NCBI RefSeq assembly: GCF_964355755.1
Contig: NC_092678.1
Span: 12,584,352 to 12,648,351 of the forward strand
From: Antedon mediterranea
Taxonomy: Eukaryota > Animalia > Echinodermata
Reading direction: 5' to 3'
Length of the DNA stretch: 64,000 bases
The notes beneath the pieces were generated by a model. It did no database searches. It saw only the letters and a program-made list of their open reading frames with translations, and had not been told where the DNA came from. Below, one piece after another: positions 40,214 through 53,000 of this stretch (positions are counted from its first letter, which is position 1; every line of letters starts with the position of its first letter). The translations under genes were made by a program, and so were the position numbers.

Positions 40214-40660
40214 TTATTCTAGTTTTATGTCTTCAATCTTGGCAGAGACATCTTCTGTTTTTCCTTTTTTCTTTCCTCCTTTTTGTTTCTTCTGTTTCTT
40301 TCCTTGTTGTTCTTCAATTGGTGCTATTTTAGTGAATTTAATTAATTCTTTCAAGCCTGCAATGAACACAACATATACATGAGCTACATATACAGTATTT
40401 ATATACAAAAAACAAATTATCTTAGTTTCAACTCTTGAAGAATAAAAATCGGTACACTCTACAAAGTGCTGAAATCAAACTATAATGAAACCATACATGG
40501 CTACAACGACTCAACGTATGCAAACAAAATATCTTTAGAGGGTTTGTTTTTCTTTTACTTAAACAAAATTAATTTTTACCTCAGGCATAAATGGTCGTAG
40601 AACTTCAGGAACAACAATGCCCTCTTCAGTTTGATTATTTTCTAGTATACAGCAGATGAT
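40214..40660 (-). pseudogene. SARS1: Cytoplasmic seryl-tRNA synthetase, orphan 3' fragment (part of penultimate exon, intron, last exon)
   Basis: 40580-40660 encodes IICCILENNQTEEGIVVPEVLRPFMPE; 40214-40356 encodes (G)LKELIKFTKIAPIEEQQGKKQKKQKGGKKKGKTEDVSAKIEDIKLE*, matching the SerRS C-terminus. No upstream exons, no acceptor, and donor/acceptor phases differ by 1 nt. Confidence 0.88.
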
Positions 40661-41053
40661 TTTGTAAAATATGAATAATATTAAAATACCTAAGCGCATA
40701 CAATATTTAATGATACTTTAATGTTAATATATGTTTAACTGCACTGTACTTCTCATCCGATATTATAACAATTTCATTAAATCTTTAAGTGTTTTATTTA
40801 CCTGGGTTTTTCAATTTGGGAAACAAACTGATTTTATGCAACTTTACTACAATTTAATAATTTAGTTGCTTGTATTGTATAGAATTTATGAGTATGAAAT
40901 GTCTAAGAAATGCACATACAGAATAGTACATAAATGTAAAGTTGACTGTTTATATTTGACTGCAATGTTGTACAAATTATGAGCATGGCACAAAGTAAGG
41001 ACGTAAAACATTGAGTACAGTCCTAAAGTGACTTGCGACATAATTACTGTTGC

Positions 41054-44000
41054 TTAATGAACATCTTCATATGGATTTTTAGAATTTTGACTGGTAGATG
41101 ATTCTTCGTTAGGTTCTGCAAAGACGCTCCGCAACTGACGTAAATTGCGTTGTGTTTCATATCCCTCATCTTGCTGGAGAAGACTTGTAAGCTGTATTAA
41201 AACAAACACAACATTATGTGAGGTTCAGGACAAACTTTTTTATTGCACCGAATTATGAGGAATTCTGAACGCAAAAGGCCTTCATTTACAGCTGGTAAAT
41301 TATCATAGAACCTGATCAAAATTGTATAACAAAAGAGTGTCAGTATCAACTTTGGTGTGTGACCACGTTATGATGAATATAAAGAAAGAACAGGCTTATG
41401 AAAGATATCATTCAGGGAAGTACTGTATACAAAGACCTGTTAAAATAATTAAGATGTTAGAATTTGGAAAAGTCACAGAACTGATAGGAAGAGAATATCA
41501 AAACACGGATTGGTTTTCAATGGATTGCAAAGAAAATAAAAAATACATAAAAAAAATATGTGGTTGTTACATTAGAATATTGAAACTTACCTTATCTGTG
41601 TGGTCTTTTAGATAGCTGAAAAGGTGCTCAAGTGTACTGGTTCGGCTAAAAATATCTCTGAAATTCTATTTAAAAAATATAAATTCATTAAATTAAACTC
41701 ACAAAACTTTTATTTTAAATATTCTGGAAATGTTTGAACAACATATAAAAAAAACTATCATTCTTACTTTGCCAGAATTGTGTAGTTCTTGGACAAAGCT
41801 TGCACGCTGGAACTCGGCTGTCTGAACCTTCTTATAGAAATTGTCAACAAGACTTCTGTAGTGTGGCATTTCTTTTGTATACAGCAAACGGTTTACTTCA
41901 GATTCCTTTGAAATAAAATAAATACATCGAATAAAATCCTAATTTTGAAAATTTGGTTGCTCTTGATATAAAGTAATTAATTAAAAAACAATGAACATAT
42001 AATATAGTTATTGAAATAAAGTAATGAGTATTAATTTATTTATAAAACACATTGCCTTGACATTTGTGGCGATAGTTTGAAGGTAAAATGAACAAAACAA
42101 ATGTATACAATTAAAAACAAAACCATAATAAAACGATAAAAGCATTGCATTGACATTTATGGCAATAGTTTGAAGGTTAAAATTAACAAAAAAACAATTT
42201 ATAAATTTAATAACAAAAAATAAACCATAAAATAAACCATAAAACATTGCCTTGACATTTTTGGCAAGAAAAAAAACCAATAATATATGAAATAAAACTA
42301 TAAAATCATCTATAATTATGTTTGGCAATTGTTTGAAGGTAAAAAAAATGTATGATTTATTGTTTGTATCAGTAACCACTGCTGCTATTTACTACGGGTG
42401 CTTAAGTACAATATTTCCTGACCATAACTAGTGGCAGATGTATATAGATTTTAATCAGATCAATAAAGGATATGTATCGTTGGCTCATTTTCAACACCAT
42501 GTTGGACGATACTGGTCCCTGGCAGTGAACCTACTAGGCCTACAACACCATGTAGGACGATACTGGTCCCTGGCAGTGAACCTACTAGGCCTACAACACC
42601 ATGTTGGACGATACTGATCCCTGGCAGTGAACCTACTAGGCCTACAACACCATGTTGGACGATACTGGTCCCTGGCAGTGAAACTACTAGGCCTACAACA
42701 CCATGTTGGACAATACTGGTCCCTGGCAGTGAACCTACTAGGCCTACAACACAATGTTGGACGATACTGGTCCCTGGCAGTGAACCTACTAGGCCTACAA
42801 CACCATGTTGGACGATACTGGTCCCTGGCAGTGAACCTACTAGGCCTACAACACCATGTTGGACGATACTGGTCCCTGGCAGTGAACCTACTTACTTTTG
42901 TGAGTTGTATTTTCTTTGGTGAGCAAGATTCTATAAATGTTCTTGATATAATGCTCAAAGTACCCATTATGGGTCCTGTCTGCTTGATGTCAAATATATA
43001 TTCAGGGTGTTTAATAACCTGTACCCAGAATTTAGAGGGTACGCTAAGAGGAAAAGAAAAAAAAAACATTCTATAAAGTGTTCTGTGTCAAAATAGAAAC
43101 AATACCAATATAAAAAACAAAATACAAAACTCACTGAAATGATGGATTGGACAAAAAAAAATCAATTTGGAACACACCTGTTATTTTTCCAGGTGGTCAA
43201 CGTGAGGTCATCAACACCTTGTTTCTTTGCTTCTTGATCAAATAGATCAAACAGATACTTAACAGATGGAGGAATTGGAGGTTGAGAGCTGGATGCCCAA
43301 AATATTGTATTAAACATCTCATCCACATATTCTTTAATAGCTTCCTATATAACAAAAATTAAAATCTTTCAATTAAAAAGTTTTGTGTTGCAGTCATCAG
43401 TGAATTAGGTTTTGACTGGTTACTTATAAGCTCTTCAAACTGAATAAATAAACAAATATATAAAATAAATGATAAACTACCTTTGTTGCCATTGCTCTGA
43501 GAAACTTGATTTCTTTGATGTCTCTTTTGGCATTTCTATGCATATTGAAGAGACTTTTTCTTTTAGGATCACTTCTGCCGACGTTATCTAGTGTCTAAAA
43601 TAAAATAAAATTTATTGTAATTAACTTATCTTTACATACTACTGTTTTACTAGTTGATAAAAATAGTTAAAATAAAGTTTCATATTTCAATGAAGTGTAC
43701 ATGTTCCATGTATTTGAAATGAGATGACCACCATGTCAAGTTTAAAAAGGTCTAATGCAAAGATATCACCAAAGATAAAACATATATTGATACCAGATGA
43801 TAATGCTTCATTCCAGATTCTTCTAAAGACTTCATTGAAATCGCACCATTATCTGGTTCCAATGCTGCATTGTCAAACGCTAGAAATAACAAAAAAAACC
43901 AGTGCGATAATATACAAATAATGAATGTTTATGAGTGTAATGGTACAAATAATGGCATGAGGTGAATGATGAAAGGTTGTTATATATCAATGAGGCAACA

Positions 44001-47000
44001 GACGAGTTGATATATAACCTTTCATATAAAACATTCATTATTTCTTTTATATAACATCTAAATAGATTCCTGTCATTTGAATAAAATAAGGTAGGCCTAG
44101 CCTTATCAAGGCCTACATTTAATTCACATTGATTAAAACAGTAACATTTGGTTATTATATTATTATTTATATGGATTTTATAAATGCACCTACTGTTAGT
44201 GTTAATTATGTCAACAAACGACCAAAGATCCTAGGCCTAACAAGGCTAAAACGCTTAGGCATTGCCTAATCTTAACAGGCCTGGGCCTAGTATGCTGAAG
44301 ACCGCAATACGACAGGCAACTGGAACTCATCTAGGCTAATTATGATTCCACGTCTTTTAGAGATATTCCCATTACTTCATCAAAATCCTAAAAACTTACA
44401 GACAAATACTGTACTAACCAAACTTAGAAGCTGCACCAGCTGCAGGTGTTGCTGTTGCTGGACTGACAACATCTAAATCAATGTCAGCATTTGCAACCGT
44501 CTGCTTCTTGACAAGAGCTACAGTGCATCCATTGTCTGCAACCTACAGTGTTGATAACCAACATGATTAATATGCAAAGAAGCATAATATAATAAAGGTA
44601 GCAAGTCATAATAAAAATAATAATGCTAAATGAGTAAAAGAATAAATAAGGGCAGAGTGTGTTGGACATTGGATTACTGATTGTGAATAAGGGCACAGTG
44701 TTGGATATTGGATTACTGATTGTGAATAAGGGCACAGTGTGTTGGACATTGGATTACTGATTGGGAATAAGGGCACAGTGTGTTGGACATTGGATTACTG
44801 ATTGTGAATAAGGGCACAGTGTGTTGGACATTGGATTACTGATTGTGAATAAGGGCACAGTGTGTTGGACATTGGATTACTGATTGTGAATAAGGGCACA
44901 GTGTGTTGGACATTGGATTACTGATTGTGAATAAGGGCACAGTGTGTTGGACATTGGATTACTGATTGTGAATAAGGGCACAGTGTGTTGGACATTGGAT
45001 TACTGATTGTGAATAAGGGCACAGTGTGTTGGACATTGGATTACTGATTGTGAATAAGGGCACAGTGTGTTGGATATTGGATTACTGATTGTGAATAAGG
45101 GCACAGTGTGTTGGACATTGGATTACTGATTGTGAATAAGGGCACAGTGTGTTGGACATTGGATTACTGATTGTGAATAAGGGCACAGTGTGTTGGACAT
45201 TGGATTACTGATTGTGAATAAGGGCACAGTGTGTTGGACATTGGATTACTGATTGTGAATAAGGGCACAGTGTGTTGGACATTGGATTACTGATTGTGAA
45301 TAAGGGCACAGTGTGTTGGACATTGGATTACTGATTGTGAATAAGGGCACAGTGTGTTGGACATTGGATTACTGATTGTGAATAAGGGCACAGTGTGCTG
45401 GACATTGGATTACTGATTGTGAATAAGGGCACAGTGTGCTGGACATTGGATTACTGATTGTGAATAAGGGCACAGTGTGTTGGAAATTGGATTACTGATT
45501 GTGAATAAGGGCACAGTGTGCTGGACATTGGATTACTGATTGTAAATTTGAATCCAACTCTTGCCGCATTGCTTGTATCCTTTAGGCAGGACACAACTTG
45601 TCTCTCTCCATCCAGGTGTATAAAATGGGTGCCCGGTTAGATCAAGACAGAAAGCTAATTACTAGCCGCATTATGGGAGAATGTTTCAATAAGTGTTTGA
45701 AAAAAAATGAACGGCGTAATAATGTTAAGCGCTTAGAAGAATATCATTATAATAGCAAATAAGAAGAATACATCATTAATTTTCTAATACATTTTTTGGG
45801 GTTGTACTACTTTATTTTAGCTTCATAAACTTAAATAGTGATTTGGGATTAATGATTGGATCACTTTCGGTACTGATTTTATTTTATTAATTTTGGCAAA
45901 CATTAACAGACATCCACAAATAGCTTGAGTGTGCCAAAGGAATGGCAAAAGAGGCAATCATCTTCTGTTGGCAATCTGCGACACCGATTAGGAACACAAT
46001 TCTTAGATTCTATTATTATATACTTCTAGAAATGTTAATGCAATTCTACAATTTATTCATGTTGCAAAATAGAATTACTTTTTCAAAAGTTCGTTAATTC
46101 TAAATTAAAAAAAATAAGCAGTAAGATTAATTATCATTCAGATATGATTGACTGTATGTGTAAATAATCTACTAACAGCTTTAGGTATGAGGTCACCAAT
46201 GGTATTGAGTTTTATCAGTTGACCATTTCGTTGTGATGTTGCATCGATGTCAGAAAGAATCAGGTGTCCACCGCGCCCATGGCGCCAGCCTATAAAAAAA
46301 GTAGAGCATATCAAAGGGTAGGAAACATGAAAACTGAATTTACTGTACTTTTATCTATCCTCACACATAGATGTTCCATAACATTTTTCTTTGTATGGTA
46401 TCGAAATAAATCAAATATAATAATAATTAATCGAAACATATCCCAAAGGCCTCTATAATTCTTAAAAACAAAGTACTGTAGGAAAAGTTGGTAATATCTC
46501 AGGCCCGTATGCAGCATTTATAATGGGGGGGTGCGAGCGAAGCGAGCAACAATGGCTGGGGGCCAGGGGGCCGGCAAGGGCCCCCGGTCAGGGTCCAGGG
46601 GCCGAAGGCCCTGGAAAAATTTGCGTTATTTGACGTTCTAAAGACTGATGTAAGACTCTCTGTTGTGGCTTGGGCTAGTTGAACGATGGACACCAGAACT
46701 TAACGCTTTCATGATGAGGCCAACTCAGCAGGGGTGGCGCCAGGATCTTCCCGACGCGGGGGCTACATTCCCCGACGAGGGGGCTATGCGAGCGAAGCGC
46801 GCATCACTAGGCTGAGGGCCAGGGGCCGCCAAGAGCCCCCGGTGGGGTCCAGGGGGCGAAGCCCCCGGAAGCAACGCGTTCTAGCGTCATTTGAGGTCTT
46901 TTTAATCAGATTTAGGGTAGCCATTTTTTTCATTTTTTATAATGCATAAATAAAATACTGCGTGCAAAAAAACGATGCGCGATGACTGTTTCAATCCATA

Positions 47001-50000
47001 TTTTTCAATTTAAAAAATAAAAGTTCAAAGAAAATTTAGAAAAATAGAGTTGGAGGTCCCGGAAATTGGACTTATTATACTTCAAAACATGAAAAAAAAT
47101 ATATAAGTCCCTATCATAGGTTGTGACTGAGCTAAGAAATGTTTGAAAAATAGAGATGTTAGGTCCCGGAAAATGTACTTCTTGTTCTTCGAAATATGAC
47201 CAGCTTTATTGTTGGGGCTGAGCTAAGAAAATGTTTAAAACTAGAGCTGCAGGTCTTCAAAAAATTGCATTTTATCGTTTGGAAACATCAGGCCTAGAGG
47301 CTTAAAAAACGCAAGCGTAGACCTTTTTCAGTCGGGGAAAAAAGTTTATTCCTCCCAGGTGTATGCATGCGTACCATCTGGACTTCCGAGTGGTGAGAAA
47401 TTCATGACATACAGGATATTGAAAATGTAATAACTATAGCTATAATGTTGGCTAAGCAAAATGGCATGTTTTTTTGTTTAGTAATAGATGAAAAATTTAT
47501 TTTAGGTGCCCCACGGTACAGAAGGTTACTTGTAAATTAAAAAATTGGTGAACAAACGAACAATTAACATAATTCGTTTTTGCTGTAGTGTAGCGTACGT
47601 CGACGCAGTACACGACGTAACCGTCGGTAAACTTCGCCTGGAAAATAACACATTACACATTTTGGTCCCTGGATGAAACTTGATATCACGCGTCTCGACC
47701 CAACGTTGAACGATTCGTACAAAGGGATACCGCCAGACAAGTGCGTACCTAGCTATTGTTTAGTAGTAAGTTAGATCGCTGGCAATAATGAATGCATATA
47801 AAGTGCATAATATCACTCTGACGTACTCTCACGGTCAATGAAACGTCGCGGTTTTCTAGGCGCTGAAGCTAGCTACGGAGTGAACGCGAACGCTTTTTAC
47901 TGTATATTATATTCCCCGACAAAAAGTACACGTGTTCCCTTCGGTAACCGTCGGTAAACTTCGCCTGGAAAATAACTACATTACACATTTTGGTCCCTGG
48001 ATGAAACTTGATATCACGCGTCTCGACCCAACGTTGAACGATTCGTACAAAGGGATACCGCCAGACAAGTGCGTACCTAGCTAATGTTTATTAGTAAGTT
48101 AGATCGCTGGCAATAATGAATGCATAAAAGTGCATATTAGCCCTCTGACGTACTCTCACGGTCAATGGAACGTCGTGGTTTTCTAGGCGCTGAAGCTATA
48201 TGAAGTGAACGCGAACGTTTTTTACTGTATATTATATTCCCCGACAAAAAGTACCCGTGTTCCCCGACGTTAAGTTGTCTGTATTTCTCCAGCAAACACT
48301 TTACCGCAAACACTTTACCGCATGAAGCGCTAAGCTATTGCTTGTCGTCACATGATCGACTGCGCATCGCCATGTTTTACATCGAGTTTGTAGTCAGTTC
48401 AGATTCCGTAATTTAATTACCGGTATTTTTTCATTTTTTATTAGCATATTTTTGTTTGTATACCATTGATAATGTAAATTTTGTATATATATAATGATAT
48501 TGTCTTTAGTTAAACAAGACAAGAAAAAATACCAACCGAGGAAATAGTGGACCTTTTGGGACTTGGGGGGGTGCGTCTGCACCCAACGCACCCCCCCTGG
48601 ATACGGGCCTGTATCTGGATGTATTTCAAGAGCTGAAGATGATCTTTGACTGACTAAACAATAGACTGTTAAAAATAGCAGGTTTGCATGTTCATAGTAG
48701 GAAACTGCTAGGAGGCAATAGAGAGTGAACATTAAATTAAGATAAAAGAGATCTTTCTGTAGTTTAGCCATAATAATGTGTTGTTTTGTAAACTATAGTA
48801 ATCAATAATATAATAATGTCTACAGTCTACATCCAATAAATCCCAAAACATAATCCACATGTATTTTAAGAGGCACTATATGTCAACAAATAATTATTAG
48901 TCCTCTCTCCATGACGGTTGTCACATAATGTTTGTATTATTTTTTATTGTATTTATATGTTTCATATGGAGAGTTTGTCTGAAATAAAGTTGAATTGAAT
49001 TGAATTGAATTAACACCTTTCAGTACATCTATGAATGAATAAGTAGTTGAGAGCAGAAATGCTAGTAAACTAAACACAGTACTATTTTGATTTGACAAGA
49101 AATTATCTCTCTCTCTTTTGAAAATTTCTTTAACACATTATTCAGGTATTCTGTAGGTATGCTGTTAGTATAGTTTTTTGGTGTGTAGAAGTTTATTAAT
49201 AATTGTCTTTGTTACATGTTTAGAAGAGAATTTTTATCTGATCGTAGTTGTACTATACTGTTTGGTAAGCTGTGTGTTGTTATTCAAATGAGTTTTTATT
49301 TTGAAATTTTTTTGTTAATTTTGTATATTAGAAGTTGCCTAGTATTGTTCACTTTTTCCTGCCATACAACTTTATGCTGTACTGTTGCTTACATCGGTAG
49401 GGAGATATCTGGTTCATGCCAGATATTTTATTGTAATATGTTATGCATTAATATTAATCGCTCTTGACCTTGGAACTTTAAATATTGTGTGGTCGCCACT
49501 GGAGGCTGGATGAAAATTTTTTAGAGATTTTTCCCCGATTCGGTTATCAGGGGTTTTATTCTTTGCCTATCGCAAGGTTAAGAGTGTTTTAGTAGAACAT
49601 TACAGGTTAGCATCTGTTTGCCTTCAGTTCATTTAATTGAAAACAGAACAGAAAAGTAAAAAACACACGACTATTTAATTTTCGTCATTTTATCTAGAAA
49701 CGAATATTGCATTTATTTTGTTTGTTTGTTATTTATACGGGGTTATGGAAGTTGGCGTGTGTGACCGCACTTTCCCAGAATAAACATGTTTTAAACAGAT
49801 ATTTTGTCTCCATTGGTTCATGTATGGGGTTAACAGGGGCTGAGATGAGATCCAAATTTAACTGTGCTGTATTAGGGCATTAGGTTAGATCAATCACACT
49901 CCCACACCTCAAAAGACAAGGCCTGCTATTGGTTAATAAAGGACTTAAAGCAACTTACTGAGATCTAAATGTTGAACTTTTGGGCGATCTGTGTATGGAT

Positions 50001-53000
50001 CATTTTTGTACAATGTATCCAGTATCTTCTCCTTTACTTGACTGATGCTGTCACAGCTAAGAACTTTCACTTTTTGAAATTCACCACTGTCAGAATTTTG
50101 TATTGCATTCAGTGTCTGTAAATTAAAAAAAAAATATATTTTTAGAATATTAAGTTGTAATTAAAGTAATTAATATAGTACACACACAAGACAAAGTAAA
50201 TACAGAGATTAACTCTCACTGTTTACTGTTGTTTTAATAGAAATCCATTGTGGCCATGAAATTTCATCTAATAATGAAAACGGAATGAATGTATACAGGG
50301 AAATAGAATACATACAATGACTTGAGGACGTTCATCTGACTGAAGGCAATCATCAAGGTTCAATGAGTATGTAGCATGTCCAGTAATGGCATCTACTGGA
50401 CCCATCTCAATCCTTAACTTCAGTGCATGGTACAGAACATACAGTGGGTGCCCGGCATAGTCCTGCAAAACACATGAATGTTTAAATGAGCAAATGGCCA
50501 AAAAGTTAAGACATTGGAACTGTAATCCATAGCCTTATGCCAAGGGTTTGAGGCTCACTTGCTCCATGGTTCTGGTGGTAGAACGAGTCTTCTTGGATAG
50601 TTAATTGTTTTTAACTGTGTGCTAGTTTATTTGTTATTCTTTTATTTTATTTCATACACATCCAACAGCGAGCACAAAGTCGCCAATTACAGGATGGATG
50701 AAATATTTTATCGTGCTTATAAACTAAGTCTCATTTGAGGGTTAGAGAGTGGAGTTAAAAGAGTCTTGAGTTACAACCCTGCCACGGGGTCAGGATTGAA
50801 CCCTGGACCTTCGGATTGGAAGGCAAGCATGTTTTAACCACCAAGCTACAGCTCCACTACAATGCGATAAGCTATGCTTTTCTGTTCAATGTGCAGTATG
50901 AAGACATACTACACTCAGGGAGTGGAAAGAAAAAATTAAAATATAATAGTTTTCACGATAGAACCACACTCCTACACACAGACTAAGAATTGAACTTATT
51001 GGCATACAATTGCATCACAACGCATACGCATTAATAGATGAAAGTCGAACCAATAAATATGATAAAAATGTGCAATATTTCTGGGTTAATTTCAATGTTT
51101 AGTTAATATAAAACTAATAAACATTATAAGTAAATCTTCCAAATGATTATTTTTATTATATGAATGTAAGAAAAGCAATATAAACATACCTTAAGGCAAT
51201 TATACATCGATAAAGCTATCCAATTGGACAACAGCTTTGCAGTCACAGAGTCTGTTCTATAAATGTTAAACAATAATTCAGTTTGAATATGTTGTAAACA
51301 TATTTTCACATTTACTGTAACTAACAATAAATAAATTGACTTTCATTGCACCAACATTAACAATGTACAGTAACATGGTAGTAAAATATTTTCTATTTGG
51401 TAGAAAGAATGTGCCCTCTAATTTGCATAGAACACAAGATAATATACACAAGATGACCTGAAGTAGTTATGACAGTGAACAACTTTAACAATTTGGTTTG
51501 ATACTCAATGAAGAAACTAATGCCATGTCTGATCACCTCAGCAACTCCATTTTGCAAAGACAATGATTTTAACATAGAATACATCTGACTCAAAATAATG
51601 AGACAGAAGCTATGATTGAGCCACCGTTTTGATCTTTATTGGATCAATAAAGATTGAAACGTTGAAAACTGACTTCCCTCTCATTATTATATTTGGATTT
51701 AGTTTATTCCATGCTATCTAATATTGGATTAGGTTTGTAGATCATCTTGTGTTTTTGTTGTCTTGCTTTAGTATAATATCGGATATTATTATATGCTGTT
51801 GACAAAGAATAAATAAAAACAAACTGACCTGGCTAGGACCTGCTTGGCTTTATGCGATGACACACAATAATCAATGTTGTCTATTAACAAATCCTCAAGT
51901 ACCCTATAACACAACACAAATTATTGTCAGTTTCATTTATTTACACAATTAATTGTAACCAATAAATGTCTACATTTGCTGGATTGTTGTGGTGAAACAA
52001 GACTTAAAGACACTTAAGGTTGGCTTTCTTCCAGACTATGTATTTTATTGTTTTACTGATAATCTGTATTAATGTTTGATGAAGTGTGAAATAAAAACGA
52101 AAAAAAAAAAAAAAAAAAAAACACGGTTTGTTCAATTTGATTAAGACAAAATGGAAGTAAAATTATTTCCATCAAATGTATTATAATATAAAAAAAAGTA
52201 ATTTACTCAGTAAAATAATCCATTTTATCTTCGATGAGAAATTCCACCACAAGTAACGATGCAATGTTACACCTAAAACATGACAAAATAATACACTTTA
52301 AATCATTGTTGAATTACAACTTTTTTTGGAAAAAACTATTAAAAAACTATTGTAAGGACAAAATAATATAAGAACAAATTAATATTTTTCTTATATATAA
52401 ATGTTAGATGTAAAATTATGGGAAAAGTGGCAATTTACAATAAAAAATAATCAACATTAGCATATCTTGCAATCAATTTGGACTACAAGTAGATCACAAC
52501 TTTATAAGAAAAAAAATGTTTTTTAGAGGAGTTAACATGCAAATATTGAATCCAACAAAAACATGCTAGGTTATAGAATGTAAGGCTTCATACAATCAAA
52601 TAGGTTAAGGAGTCTAGCAATAAATAGTGGTGTTATTCACCCTATCCTGTATTGTAATAATTATGGGTCAAAAAACAATACATCTTACACATTTTAAATT
52701 GCTTTCATTTTGCTTAGTCAGTAAAAATAAGTTTGATGTCAGATGTCAAAATAAAATGCATACGTTGTAACTATCATCATTAGGCTTAAAACAACAATGT
52801 CATAATTAATATGTGATTGTGATTTTTAAAAATTCCATTAAATGGCCTTATTATTAAAATTTAATAAATGTTTTTGAATAAACAAACAAATTTATGTGAA
52901 CATCACTAAATTGTTGTTATATGTTATGTACTGTATATTGATTGAAATTAAAGTTTATTGTAAATTGTTATGTTGTATCTTGAAATAAAAGAATGTTCAA

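Noticed and set aside
42627-43076. Plus-strand 149-aa repeat ORF
   Set aside because: Antisense to a plexin exon plus the 51-bp minisatellite.
27948-45543. Regular repeat arrays (89, 24, 27, 51, 41 bp) as CRISPR-like arrays
   Set aside because: Head-to-tail units without unique spacers, eukaryotic intronic or intergenic context, no cas genes.
46499-46949. GC-rich ORFs or CpG-island promoter
   Set aside because: These are subterminal repeats of hAT-like elements.
48394-48771. ORF with [11 protein letters not shown] as a possible plexin RBD exon disrupted by the transposon
   Set aside because: The real exon ([14 protein letters not shown]) is at 46177-46289 with the correct phase; this ORF only crosses the transposon end.
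50770-50855. tRNA-Gly(TCC) gene
   Set aside because: Stems are degenerate and it continues into a body with an A-rich tail, so it is a SINE head.
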